DNA of 63,441 bases, counting the filler, from Conidiobolus incongruus B7586 (Eukaryota), in the NCBI GenBank assembly GCA_000697335.1. It is 9 parts of 9 records of this genome, joined end to end, with 100 filler letters (N's around TTAATTAATTAA, not from the genome) between each part and the next. Parts side by side here need not be neighbours in the genome. Positions count along the whole stretch, not along the records: positions 21,500 to 30,557 come from JNEM01004162.1; positions 30,658 to 38,308 come from JNEM01004163.1; positions 38,409 to 44,180 come from JNEM01004164.1; 6 more parts are not named here. One strand, given 5' to 3'. The translations under genes and the position numbers were made by a program. The notes under the pieces are model-generated. The model was given only the letters and a program-made list of their open reading frames with translations. It ran no database searches and was not told the origin of the DNA. Below, in pieces: positions 26,792 through 41,454 of the stretch (the first letter of the stretch is position 1; each line of letters starts with the position of its first letter).

Positions 26792-29700
26792 AATACTTTA
26801 AAAAAAAAATTTACAAAAAAAATCAATAAATTACTAAAAAAAATAAACAAAAAAAGATAAAAAATATATGTATATTACTGAGTAATACTCGTCATTAAAT
26901 TAGATGTATTTACAATTAAAATAAATTATCAAGTTATATGTAGTTGAATATTGGTTCAAATTCAATAAATGGACTATAAATTAGTATAACTTGAAATTAT
27001 TTGTAATATACTCTTATTATTAATTAAATATTAATTAATTATTCTCAGAAATTTATATTATTTTTTTAAAAAAAAAATTATAAATTCAATTTAATTAAAT
27101 TCTAAAGAGACTATTTATACCAAGGTGAATAGTTTAATTTTGAATGAATATTAAAACTTGAATTTTTCTTAATTTTGGTTCCTAACATTAAATAGAAAGA
27201 TATGAGAGGTTAAATTGGTTTCAATTATTCAAAGCTTTTCTAATTTAAATGGATAACTATAGATTTCGTGGTTATTTTAGAAAGTATGATTAATTTTAAT
27301 GGGTTACTCCTAAAAAATTCCCAAATTATGTTCGTAACTCGCAATAATGAGATATCTCAAAGGTTGATTATTTTCTATAATTGGCTGATTTCAATGGAAT
27401 AGTAGTTTATTGGATTTTATTTGGCTATGATATCATTTACTAGTTGTTTTGAGCTGATATATCACATCAACTTTCAATATCACTCTATCAATTAAGTTTA
27501 CTATTTTATTTATTTTAAAATCAATATATTTGAAATTTTGATAACCAATGCTTAATCTGTTTAATAAAATAAATCTCGACTTAGTTATCGATTATGAATA
27601 TATAACTTAACTATATTTAGTCTAACTGAAATAGTTTATTTTTTATAAGAAAAGAAATTACAATATATTAGATCATTTATTATGATATAATAATATTATT
27701 ATTCATGACAAATTATATTAATTAAATTTAATATTTCACTTTATTTAAAAATATTTTTAGATAAGGAATTAAAAAAATTATAAAAATAATTGTAGAAGTG
27801 ATTATTCTCTTATAATTTTGAAATAAATTAAATAATCCTTGAATATAGATTAACATCTAGACCTAACGGATGATATTTTTCAATTTTAATGCTTTTGCGA
27901 ACATATTAATTACACCAAATTCCATTAATTGTAATATACGTCTTTGTCACGTATAGCTTCAATGAACAATCTATAATATATCATGATTTTCCATATTAAA
28001 CGTTATATTAGCCCAAATTTCCAAAAAATTTTCTTAGGCTAAAAGTATAGTTTGAAAAAAAAATTTTGAATAGCACTGAAGAATTTTGAAATTTTTTAAG
28101 CCTATATAATCTAAATATATAACTGGTTCATACATAATAAAATAAATTTAAATTAATTGATTAAAAGTTCATGATTTAATAATTATAATTTAAGCTGATT
28201 GATCAAAAAATATTATACAACACTTGTGACATTTGAAATGTAAATCTAACTTATCTATTACTCTTGCTTATTCGCTTAACCTTAAAAAAATCTGCTATCT
28301 TGAATTTATTTTTCAGGTCAATCTGATTATATTTCAATAATTAATATTTAATATTGTTTAACATAACTTGACAAATATGGATAAGTTATATATATATATA
28401 TTATATACTTCGCTATTAGTGTAATAAGCGGATATAAATTCAATTGAAAATTGAATGGATTCAGGTTGAATCATATATCATATCCTATATTCAGAAATTT
28501 CAGAATTTATCAATTCCCAAATTAAAAGGTTTGATTTATTCTAAATACCTGGTTTAGCAAGTTGAATTTTCATTTAACCTTTTCTTGATATGTATAATGA
28601 AAAACAGCACTAAGATATTATAAACGATCATGAGCGAAGTCATCAAGTTGTTTTGTAAAACTGGAAAGTTTTCATTTACTTTGAATGCTTATGACACATA
28701 TTATATAATGTTAACATCAATATTTTATAATAAATATAATTATTATTTCATATTTTCATATGAAATTAAAAATTAGATAATTAAACCTGGTTATGTTGAG
28801 TTTTTCGGAATATATGAAATAAATTTCCCAATGATCGATAAAATTCACTAATAAAGTAATCTATCATATATCTTACATTCTTTTGTAAAATACAGTTAAA
28901 GCATTTTCAAAATAAATTAGTTTATATTCACAAATACCCATTTAAAATTCTAAATTTGAAACATTAATCCAATTAAATTAAGGAGAGATAATAATGGACA
29001 TTCAAAGTAACAAGATATTAACATCATTTATTTCAATTATAATTTATCCATAATTGATTTTTGATTATGTCATAAGTGCTATTCCATTTGAATTCTTAAT
29101 AAGTTGAATAATTAAGTTCTTTAAAGTATTTTTTAACAAATGAAGTTATGCATTAATATTAATAATATATAATATCAAAAATTTTATAGTTATCACTAGT
29201 TTTAATTATATATATATATATGAGATAGCTTTAATATAATAGACTAGTTTTTAAAATCAGGACATTAAAATTAATTTTCATAATTTAACTTAATTAATCT
29301 GGTAAAAGATAAAAGATAAAAGATTAATTAATAAGTTTATAAAATTCGTTTGAAAATATTATAATCCAAAAAATTACTTAAAAAGTTGAAGTTTTAATAT
29401 GACTTGAATTTAAATTTAATACACTAATCCTTTTTGAAAATGATTGATTATAATAGCACTCTTTGATTATGTGGATAATAAGAAAGATCAATTTAATCAA
29501 TTTGCATCTCTAAGATATTTTGATTGTCTCGAACCTGAGGATGCTGTATTTCTCATGACAGTATAATTCGGGAAAAAAATTCAAAAAAAAAATTAAATAC
29601 ATCTTTTTCATTGCTAAGAAGATCATTATAAATTTCGAAGTATATGAAAATACTCATAATGAAATAAAAACTCCATGGTAATATCTGATTTTAATGTCCA

Positions 29701-30557
29701 AAATTTTATTATATACCAAATTTCAGGTTATTATGTAGACTCCTTGCCGAATTAGAAATTTTCATTCAAATTTTCACTTAAATTCAAATGGACGGCAAAT
29801 AAATTTGAATTGATGAAAAAATGCTTTACATGAATTATATTCTTAATTTTAATAATTATATTAAATTTATTTGGATTAATAAACATCAAAATATGTAAAT
29901 TATTAATTTCTTTAATAAAAGTTTCCTGTAATGTAACTTACCCAAGTTTTGAGTTCACATTGGTCATAACAGTATCCTAATATAGAATACTTTATCAATT
30001 ACACAATCAATTTTGAATTTTACATATATATGGTCTTTTTTCCTCATGACATTAATTATTTTTCAGTGACTATATTATTAAATTGAATTTTTCATTTGAA
30101 ATTGAAACATATTTTTGATTTATGCTCAATTATCAAATAGCCTCATCTTTTACTAGTTCCATATTACGTCATAAAGTTTATTTTCTTTGATATTTAAGTA
30201 ATCAAATTAAATGCATTACATAACTACGATGGAAATATAATATGTTATATAGTATATAATCCTAATAACAAATATTCAATAGCAAAGAAGTTTGCCTTAT
30301 ATTTTCAATAAATATCATATATTGTTTAATTTTATCCAGGTATGGTATATTTTTAATAATTGATTTAAGTATAAATAAAACTTTATTAATTTTCTAACTT
30401 AAATATTTAAATATACTAACTATTGATAAGTATATTATATGAATTTAAAGTATTATTCAATATTTGGAACTTGCATATATATATATATCAAATTACTAAA
30501 ATATTATAAGAAACCACAAAGTTTTTATTATAAAATATCTAAATTTATAATAAAAAA

Positions 30558-30657
30558 NNNNNNNNNNNNNNNNNNNNNNNNNNNNNNNNNNNNNNNNNNN
30601 NTTAATTAATTAANNNNNNNNNNNNNNNNNNNNNNNNNNNNNNNNNNNNNNNNNNNN
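30558..30657. other. Artificial contig linker
   Basis: 44 N + TTAATTAATTAA + 44 N. Confidence 0.98.
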
Positions 30658-33600
30658 TTAAAATTATATTATAATAAAATGCATTTTTATTATAGCTTAT
30701 TTAAATTTTTAATATTTAATTACCAAACTCATTATTTAAAAAATAACTTAAACTAAAATTTATTTATAATAAAACAATAAATAAAATTATGATTTAAATA
30801 TATTAAATATAAAATATCAATTAGATTATCCATTAAATCAATTACATATACTTGGTAATTGATATTTTAATCAAATTACATATTATTGGAAATTCCTCAA
30901 ATTAAGCCTAGCTTTAAAAAGTAATAGAAAGAAAGAAAATATATTTCAAAAATTTAATATAATATTATATAAAATTGATTAATAATAATATATTTGTTTA
31001 TATTTGATATTGTTAATACTACATGAGTTTATGAATAATACAAATTAAAATCAAATTTAACTCAAGAGTAGATAACCAATATTGATCAAGTTTTCATTCA
31101 GTAACTTAGAAATTATTAGATTTTATTCATATTTTGAAAAATAATTCAAAATTACTAAGATAATTTTAATAATCATTTATTCATAAGTTAATATAATTTA
31201 ATTACAAATAAAATGTGATAATTTAAATAAAAACCATTGAATTATTTTGGAATAATAATAATAATAATAAACTCTAAAAAAGTTTTAAATTTATAATTAA
31301 AAAAATATGAAAATAAAAATTTACTTGCATGCATAAAATATTTAATATATGCATATTTAATTTTTATAAACATAATTGTACAAATAAGTTAATTCGTTTT
31401 ACTATTTTAATAAAATTAGGATTAATAATTTTAATTTTTAAAAATTAAAAAAAATTTTTGAAAATATTAAATGATAATTAAAAATTAATAGATATTTTAT
31501 ATGATAATTAATATATGTCAGGTATAAATTATTAAATTAATATTATTTTAAATTGAAAATAAAATTAATTAATTTTAGATATAAGTTATATAATTTATTT
31601 ATAATTAACCTAATTTAAAATCTAATTTAAAAATTTAGTAATTAGTAATTAAATTTTTTTTTTCAAATTAAAACTTGAACTCTTAAGGTTAATTAAAAAT
31701 ATAATCAAAATAATGTGAAAATTTTGATTAATAATTAATTAAATTATCAAAAAATGACAATCATATTAAATTTTATAGGACCTATAATAATGGATCTAAT
31801 TTCGGGATTAAATAAAATACAGTAATTAAAATTTTAAAAGATTTTTTTTGGTCCTAATGAAAAATATTATATCCTCCTAATATTACCCAAATTTCAAATT
31901 ATGTAAAAATTTTTTTTGAAATACTAAGAGTAAACATGTACAAGTGGAATAAGCTTGAATCCTTATAATATTATAGAATCTTAATCTACTAAAGCCACCA
32001 ATTCTTAATGGATATTGCTAACTTGAATAAATTTTATTTGAGAAAATTTGAGTTAGTGTATTCAAATAGCAATAGGTTGAAGGTAATATAATTTTATTTT
32101 GGTAATTATTTGTATATTTATTCCTAATTAGTATCAATAATTATTAAAGATTTGGCTAGATTTGCATAAATCTCGGAAACATTTTTATAAAGTCTTCAAA
32201 TATTTTTTGAATAAATATAACTATTTAATTTCATTAATACGGCAATTTTTTAAGACAGGTTAAAAGAAATTCTTGTTAATGAGGTCAGTATTGTTAAAAT
32301 ATTGACTATATGTCTTATATTGTCCATTATAGTCCTTTATATGTACAGTTATAGATTGGTTGTATTTGTATAAAAACCATGATTGAAGCTATAAAAAACG
32401 TTTAACAATTAGTTCCATAGCATAGACTTGACGCATTAATGAAATCAGCTAGTATATGGTGGTTTAATTTATAGACCAAAATTATCGTGATGTCAAAATC
32501 ACGAACCATTCCATTTGTTAGTAATATCAACTGGGTTGATATTGAATTTCAACTCTTTAATAGGCTAAATATATACAATTTGCATTGATTACATCCAATC
32601 ATTATGACATTAAATATATGAAATTTTCGTCACAATAACATATTAATCATTTATAATACATTCCCAATATAATACTTAAAAACCCGATATATAATTAAAG
32701 AGCTATCCAATAAAAGATTTAATATTGCCAAAACCTTCAGATTTACCTAATATGATTCAATTATCGAAATTTTTATTAAAAAATTAAAACTTAAAATGTT
32801 TATTTGGAACACACTAGTAAACAAAATAAATTTTAATCAATTTTGAACCTCTAAAATTATTTTATAATTATTAAATATTCTTATCAAGGTTGAAAGATTG
32901 TCAAGTATATTTATTTACAAAATATAATAGGATATGAAAATATTACTTATTATTCAATATTTTCAAGTAATAACAAATTCAACTAGACAAATTTACTCTA
33001 AAAAACAACCATTACAGATGATTATTAATCATATTCAAATCATCCATGATTATATTTGTGAGAGTGATTATGTCTGTAAGGAATTTGATGAAATTGGAGA
33101 TTTTAATTAGTGGATTTTCAAAGGAAAATAATACGCTATTTACTATTTAAATTTCTTCAAATAATAATTATTGGAACCTTAAAAGTATGAATCATACAAA
33201 TTGATAAAACAAATTATTATATTAAATTACATCATTTAAAATTATTTAATATAAAATATTATATTTCCGATTGAATATAAAATTTATTAAATAATAGGGA
33301 CCTTTTCAATTAAATTATTGTTTATTAAATCTAATACAATTAAAATTTGTTACAAATTATTTAGTAAACAATTGTTATAATTAAAATTAATTTTAATGTA
33401 AATATATATATATATATTATATAAATAAATTTTGAAAAATATATAGTGAATATCGAATAGTATTATATGCTATATACTTTACTAATTGATAACGATATAA
33501 ATTCAATTAGAAAATAGACTTCTGGACCCAAGTTTAAATTATAAGCTATTAAACCCTATTTCAACTAGTACCATTGGTTAATAAATTTTATACTTATTTC

Positions 33601-33867
33601 CATTAAAATGATTAGTAGCCAAGACCAAAACTATGCATTAGAATTATGTTAATCCAAATTTCATTCAACTATAATCAATTGATTAATATGGTAGTTGAAA
33701 TTTATTTTGTTACTAAAAATATTAAAAAATTTTTTATGCATTAAAATTAAAATGATTACCAGTTAATGGAGTATAAATACACATTGTATCAAAATAAATT
33801 TGAGTTAGTTATTATTTTTATCATTTAATTTTTGATTTGTTTTTTTTGCTTCAAATAAAAAATAATT

Positions 33868-34230
33868 ATGAAAATACAAGATTTATTATCACCTGAAGAT
33901 TCTAAAAAATCTGAAGAAACTATTAAATCTAATAAACCTAATTTAACAGATACAGAAAGACAGAAAATCTACGATCTCCTACTGCAGAGCAGTTTTAATG
34001 GCAAACTACCGCGGGGGATCCTGAGTGAAATTAGCGAACGATTCAAAGTGAAGCCTAGAACCATCAGTCGGATTTGGCATCAGGGACAAGAATCTATAGC
34101 CAATGGTCAACCTTGCGCCAATGTCAACTCGAGAATTAAATTAAAATCAGGTAGAAAAAAAAACTCGGTACATCTAAAGTTGATCCGACGACGACCAAAG
34201 ATCAAAAATAATCGTATATTAATCTCCTAA
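33868..34230 (+). CDS. Small HTH protein (120 aa) resembling the N-terminal DNA-binding domain of plant/oomycete-type mariner (DD39D) transposases; no catalytic domain
   Basis: LTDTERQKIYDLLLQSSFNGKLPRGILSEISERFKVKPRTISRIWHQG...NVNSRIKLKSGRKK matches the remembered pattern L(S/T)D.ER..IY..LL..S..GKL..G....A..F.V..RT.SRIW...V.S....SGRK. It is a GC-enriched intact ORF in an AT desert, with a TATAAATA about 95 nt upstream. Confidence 0.75.
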   Translation: MKIQDLLSPEDSKKSEETIKSNKPNLTDTERQKIYDLLLQSSFNGKLPRGILSEISERFKVKPRTISRIWHQGQESIANGQPCANVNSRIKLKSGRKKNSVHLKLIRRRPKIKNNRILIS

Positions 34231-36426
34231 AATAAGTGTGCGGGCTTGGGTTTTGCTTTTCCATTTCAGATCGATCGATGTAATGGAAGTTTGTTAATAT
34301 AATTGAATCAATTTTACGAATACTTAAAATTGTAATTTGAAAAATAAAATTAATTAAATTTGATAATAAATAATTAACTAAATACAAAATGTAAATATAT
34401 GTATATATTATTAGAACCATTTCATTTTAATAATTATAATAATATTTTATAAATTTATTTTTTTCAAAATTTTTAATAATAAATTATAAATTAATAAAAA
34501 AAAATTTTTTTTAATTTTTTTATTAATTTATATATAATATATAATTCTTTTTAATATATTTAAAACTATTTTAAATTTTTATTATCCTCAATTTTGTATT
34601 TTATTTATTTATTTATTTATTTTTTATTGTTAAATTTCATATTAGTGGATAAATTTTGCATAATATGGTAACTTAAATTATTAAAATAAAATTATTTTTT
34701 TTATTGAATTATGCATTGTTTTTTTTGATATTATAATAATAATAAAAATAGGGGTTGGAAATTTTAATTAATGCTCATATTTTTATGTTAATAATATTAT
34801 ACTCCGATTCAAATTTTCAAATATCAATAGTTTATTCTTACACTAAACCCTAAGAATATACTATTAAAGCCTTAAACTTTTTTCTGGATTGAGAAGGACG
34901 AATCAAACTCAATGCTTTATTTTAAATTGGCAAGGTTTTACCTTTGAATAGTTTCATAATTTAGTTAAGTATCGCTTCATAGTACAAAAGCATTTTAATT
35001 TCTTAATTTGGATTTTTAAGCTTAGACTATCCTTAAAGTGATTTTTATTGCCGAGACTTAATTTTTAAAATTTGGATAATTTTTTTAAAGTATTATGTCT
35101 TTAAAAAAAATATTGCTTGAATATTAAGTATCATTAGTTAATTTATTTTAAGTCCGTTTACTGGTTTACTATATCTTATGAAATTATTTACAAAGTTTAA
35201 TTTTATTATTTTCATATTATGAAATAATGAATTAATTAATTCAATTTGATATTTCTTATTAACGTGATTTGAAGGTATGCAATAAATTATCCAACCCATC
35301 ACCGCATTTTTATAATTTTAATTTAAGAAAAAATTATCCCGTAAAAGATATATTGGTAAAATTAGTCGATATGAGTTATCAATAAATTTCAAAAAGATAC
35401 ATTTTATAATTTTAATTTAAAAATAATTTTCGAAATTTATATTAGATAAAGATATGAGGAACTAATATAAAGTTTAATTAATATATAGCTGATTTTTTGT
35501 AATTTTGGTTAATTTTAATATTTATACAAAATGTGGATATATTAAATTATTATTCTCTCAATATAATTTAAAATAATGGCATTATCACAATATGGTTATA
35601 ATTGAAAAAAAAATTCAATATTAAAACAATTAATTTTGTCTCGACCAAATATACTTAAATTTACTAAAAATGAAAATCTATTTTTGTTTAAATACTTTTA
35701 ACTAAAATAAATTTTTTTACTAATTTTGATTTTATTTCAGTTTTTATACCGATTGCATAAAATTTGAAGCCTTAAAGAAATTTAAATGGAATTAATTTTG
35801 TTAATAATTACTAAAAATAGTAATTGATAATAACTATTCATTATTAATAATTTTAAGTATAAAATAAAATCAATATTAAAATATTTATTTGATAATATAA
35901 TAATATAATTACAATGTAATAAAATACCAATCATTATATATATATAATTAATATTACAAATATTATAAAGCTTAATTTTACATTATATTAAAATATTTTT
36001 AAATTTTTAATACTTGGATTTCCTTTTAAATGATACATTTCATATTGATTAAATATAATAAATTATATTTAAAAATAAAATATTTTAATCAATTTATAGT
36101 AATTTGAATAAAGTAATATCTGTTTATATAAAAAATTAATCCTAATTTAATCAATGGTAAAATAGTAATATATAATAATTTATAGTAATTTAAATTAATT
36201 TCCTATTTTATATATTATGAAAAATTTAGTTAATTTAAATACTATATTGTATCATAATTCAATAGATTTATTAATAATAAATCATTTCTATGATTTAATT
36301 CAAATTATTATCAAATATATCCTGTGATTTTTGAGTTTTTATTATGAGGTTAATAATTTGGTTAATTTTGTAAAATTTTTAAACCTATCCAAAATCCCAA
36401 ATAATTTTATATATTTTAAAATATAT

Positions 36427-36756
36427 TGTGATATTTATATGATAACCCACCTAGAAATCTTTGTTTCACCATTTATTTCCTTATTGGGATATTACCTTAC
36501 AAAATACATTATATTATTTTAAAAGTCTTATTCTCTAAATACCTATCTCACCTCTATATACTATTTATAACCAACAATTAGACTATAAAAGAACTGATAT
36601 AATAAGTCAAAATAATGGAGGTCAACAGATCCTTTATAAAATAATAATACCCTTTTATATTCTCAATAAAGATTTTGATCTAGTATTGTCACTTACTAAT
36701 AATAACTGGATTGCCTCAGCTATATATTCTTGATATTGCTAGCGACAAGTATTACA
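36427..36756 (+). mobile_element. Candidate old solo LTR (~330 bp)
   Basis: TGTGATA...TATTACA termini (6/7 inverted match), internal TATAAAAG followed by AATAAA, and locally raised C content. The flanks match only imperfectly (ATAT / ATAA). Confidence 0.45.
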
Positions 36757-38308
36757 ATAATCCTGACATTAATTGAAAAATAATATTCATTACGGTTATT
36801 ATTCATATAATGAACTATATAAGTTTGAAGTAAATCTTAAAAACAGTTAAAAATTCATTAAAATATGATTTATTTCATATAACTTTAATTCTAAACCTAT
36901 AGTAATTTATTTTTATTGCAACTTTAATTAAATTATATAGAATAATATAAGATTAACCTATATTAAATTAATAAAACTATTAAAATATAAAAAAAATTAT
37001 TTATATAAGTAAAATTTATTAAAATTTAATTATTAATAAAATCTATAAATCAATAATAAAATTAATATATATATATAAATATATAATTTTAACCATTTAA
37101 AAATTATTCTAAAAAAATATCTTTTCGATAATTATTTATAATTCCAATTAAAAATTAAAATTAATTTCGGCATTAAAAATTATTAATTCCTAAAAAAAAA
37201 ATTTACAAAAATTAAAATTTAAAATAATAATTAATTATTATGATAATCTAATTATTTAATTCCATTAATTACTAAATGTTTGGTAATATTCAATATAAAG
37301 AATGATTAATTAAATATTAATTTGTAGGCATATTTTTATCCACGTTAAATATATTTTTGCTCATTGTCAAGTAAAAGAGAAATTGTCTTGATATTATTAT
37401 ATATTAAATGATTGCTAGTTTTCAAGTTATTAATAACATATTTAATTAGATTAAATCAAAGCGTTAGTTTTTTTAAATGACTAACAAATTAATATATTAA
37501 ATTTTTCATATTATCTTTTGCAGTAAATAATCTAAATATAACATATTTTACTATACTAAACCTATTTATTATATTGATTCTGAAATATCAATTTTGATAT
37601 CTTAAAAGAAATCAATTTATTATAATATTATTTAATAATTTAATTCAATCGAAATTTATTAAAATAATTATATTGAAAAATTTATTTTGAAATTTTTTGT
37701 AATGTGGTATAGTAATATTTATAGAGAAATATACCCAATATTCATACTATTTATTGAATAATATCGGAAAATAATAATTTAGTTATCTTTAGCTATATTC
37801 AGAATACAACCTTAATACCCTGATTAAATATCAATCATTATTAAAGGTTTATTCATTTAATAATATATTCTAAAATTAAGTTATTTTAAATAATTATAAA
37901 AGAACAATAATAGAATTTATATATAAATATAATAATTTTATCGGATTATCTTCCATTAATTGATATATTTGTTTTTGAAACTGAATAGAGAGTAAACTTA
38001 AACATATTATTAATTAATAATAATAACTTTAATTAATTATATTATAATACATCAATAAATTTTAAAAAATACAAAAAGAATATTATATTAAGTTAAAAAT
38101 ATATAATTCATTATAACTTAATTTAAAATACAAAATAAAAAACTAATATAACTATTATAACTTGAAATTAAAATAATATATAATTTATAATTCAATATTT
38201 TATAATAATAATAATCTTAAATAAAAAACTATTTAATAAAACTATATAATATATTCAAATATTTATAGGATTTTTGAAATATTTAATAATAAATTACAAA
38301 TTAATTAA

Positions 38309-38408
38309 NNNNNNNNNNNNNNNNNNNNNNNNNNNNNNNNNNNNNNNNNNNNTTAATTAATTAANNNNNNNNNNNNNNNNNNNNNNNNNNNNNNNNNNNN
38401 NNNNNNNN
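38309..38408. other. Artificial contig linker
   Basis: 44 N + TTAATTAATTAA + 44 N. Confidence 0.98.
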
Positions 38409-40201
38409 TATATAATTTATAATATAAAAATAAAACTAGCTATTTAAGAAATTATAATTAAAAAAAAATAAATAAAAAATAATACCTTATATTTTGAATA
38501 TGAATTGGTATATTTTTATCAAATAATATTATATTCAAAATTAATATAAAGAAATATAATATAATAATATATTCTACAATTATTGAACCAAATATTTATA
38601 TTTAATTGATGATAAATTATGCAAAAATAAGGAAATTATATTTGAAAAGATATTTATTAAATATTATATTTTATTGAAAAATAAAGGCAATAATCAAATA
38701 ATTATTTTTTCTTATAATATATTTATTAATAACTTTTTATTTAATAAAATCATTGATAATAAGAGATAAAACATATTATATTAAAGTATTTATTGTTATT
38801 ATAATTAGAAATATATATTATATTTATAATAAAAGACTCTAGGAATATTTATTCATTCAATCCTATATTATGATATATAAATATAATAAAGGAAATATTA
38901 CAATAAATGATTAATAAAATGGCTTTAATTTAGAATATATTATCTTAAACAAGTTGAATTTTATTCAAATAAATTCCAATATGATGTTTATAATCTGCAT
39001 TAGTACTTAAATTTCATAGCTAGTAAAATCCTCTAACTAAAAGAAAATAAGTCAAATTTATGTAAAATTTTGATTTTGTAATATTTTAGTATACAAAGTG
39101 ATTATTTTGTCAAATTAAAAATTGAATTGTTCAATGACTTATACAGTATTAAGTACATAATTTCTCATAATAAATATTTTTAGATTTCTGAATTACATAT
39201 ATCATTAACTAATAATCACACAGCCAAAAAATTAATATCAGATTTCCAATATAATAATATTATTTATAAAAAATTAACTAACAAGGTTATAGAATATTCA
39301 AAATACATTAAATTAAACAATTTATCCGATTTTAAATAGTTTAAATTTAATCAATATATTGTTAAATTAATGAAATAAATACTCGGTAATATTGATACAT
39401 TTTGGTTATTATATGATGTATGAAATATGGGGAATTAAAATGTATAGTAATTTCTAATTATATCAATTCATAATTGAATTTGAAGAATTTATATTTAATC
39501 AAATTGAATTTTACTAACAATCAACCAATTTAAATTATACAAATTGATAAATAAATGAAAATCAAGAGAGATGATTGGTTGAGATACCTGAGAATACGTC
39601 ATGATACAAATGATTTGGGTAATTACAAAGCCAATCCCACAATTCGAATATATTACTAATTCATTACCATCACAAATTATAAAATTGGATAAAATTTGAA
39701 AAGTTAAAATTTAAAAAACTCATATAATACAAAGAAAAATATATTATATAATTATTAATATATATTTATTTAATTTTAAAAAATTATTTAAATATATATC
39801 AATACAATATATATAAATTTATATACGTACATATATAAACGCTAATACCAATTTACTTATATAAGCGCAAAGTTCAGTACTTTATCTTTATATTGGGGCA
39901 AAATTACTGGTTAATAATTTATTTAATTGAAAACCTCTAAAAAATTCATTTTTTTACATTTCATTTTTCTCTCATAGATTTTTATTTTTTTCAACTTGAA
40001 CAGTTATTAAAAAGTTGAATTTCAGCTAATTTATTATTGTCATTTTGAATTGAATTCGTTTTACTCGTATTTCAATTCTATAATTGTCAATTACTCTATT
40101 ATCAATCTTAAGAAGTTATCATATTTTGATTTAATCGGTCTACGAATATTACCTTCACTCCATCTGTATCAATTTTACTTCATAATTAACTTGTAAGACA
40201 A

Positions 40202-41054
40202 ATGGCTTCGACCACATCCGCTCCAGTTGTTAACGAAAATCAGGACATCCCTCAACCTTCCACTTCCACTCCCGCCGTAGAATCTACCGAAAATCTCAAT
40301 GTTCCTGCCACCTCTGAGGGAGATAATCAGGCTGACAATTTTGCTATGAAACATCCTTTACATCACGCTTGGACTTTTTGGTACGATACACCCGGTAAAA
40401 AGAAGAACCAACAAAGTTGGGGTAAAAGTTTAAAGGAACTTATTACTGTTACTACCGTCGAAGATTTCTGGGGGTAATAATTTTCTTATCTCAGTATATG
40501 TGCAATAATTAATTATATTTTCCTTTAGTGTATATAATAATATTGTTAAGGCTTCTGAACTTGCTAACGGAGGTAATTATCACTTCTTCCGTCAAGGTAT
40601 TAAACCCGAATGGGAAGATCCTGCCAATGCTAAAGGTGGTGGCTGGAAAGTTCAATTCCACAAGCGCTCTGCTATTGATATTGACGAAACTTGGTTATAT
40701 GCTGTAATACATCCATTTTACTCTTTATTTGCCATCAATTTATTAATTTTATATTTTTTTTCATATAGTTATTAGCATGTATCGGTGAAGCTTTCCAAGA
40801 AGAAGATGAAATTTGTGGTATCGTATTTAGCACGAGACGTGAATTTTTCAGAATATCCCTATGGACTCGTACGTCCAATAGTAGAGAAGTTGCCGAATCC
40901 ATCGGGTAAGTTATCTATATTCATTATATAGTATTTCTTTTTGCTAATATATCTAATTAGTAAACAATTTAAATCAAGTTTAAATACCAACGAAAAGTTC
41001 GAATTTTCGCCTCACCACGATTCCGATGATAAAAATATGTATTTCAGTATTTAA
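40202..41054 (+). CDS. eIF4E: Eukaryotic translation initiation factor 4E, 4 exons (40202-40473, 40529-40703, 40769-40905, 40961-41054), 225 aa
   Basis: Manual splicing at GT-AG introns keeps the frame: KHPLHHAWTFWYD..TVEDFWG/VYNNI..NYHFFRQGIKPEWEDPANAKGGGW..WLYA/LLACIGEAF..ICGIVFSTR..RISLWTR..IG/KQFK..FEFSPH. Characteristic eIF4E Trp pattern. Confidence 0.96.
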
Positions 41055-41454
41055 ATGCAATTAAAAATCCTTCTCCCATTAAAATTTCTTTATTTTTCCC
41101 TTTGTTTCTTTCTCAACATATAGATTTATATTTTATCCATTTTGTAGATTATTTTGAATATATATATTGATTTATTGAGTCTTCACAAAATAATATACTA
41201 TTTCATTCATATTCCAATATCAATATAATTTTATCATTCTTATTTAATTCATTTATAATAATTTTTAATGAAAATAATTAATGCTAAATGTACAAAGTTG
41301 ATTGATAAGGATCAAACATTTAATCTAACTTGAATTAAATTCAAAACAAGCTTAAATATCTTTAAGTTACAAATCAAATATTAATTCTACTAGAATATTA
41401 GATTTAATGTTATCATGATTAATTAGATTTATTTAAGCTAATATACAAATTTGA

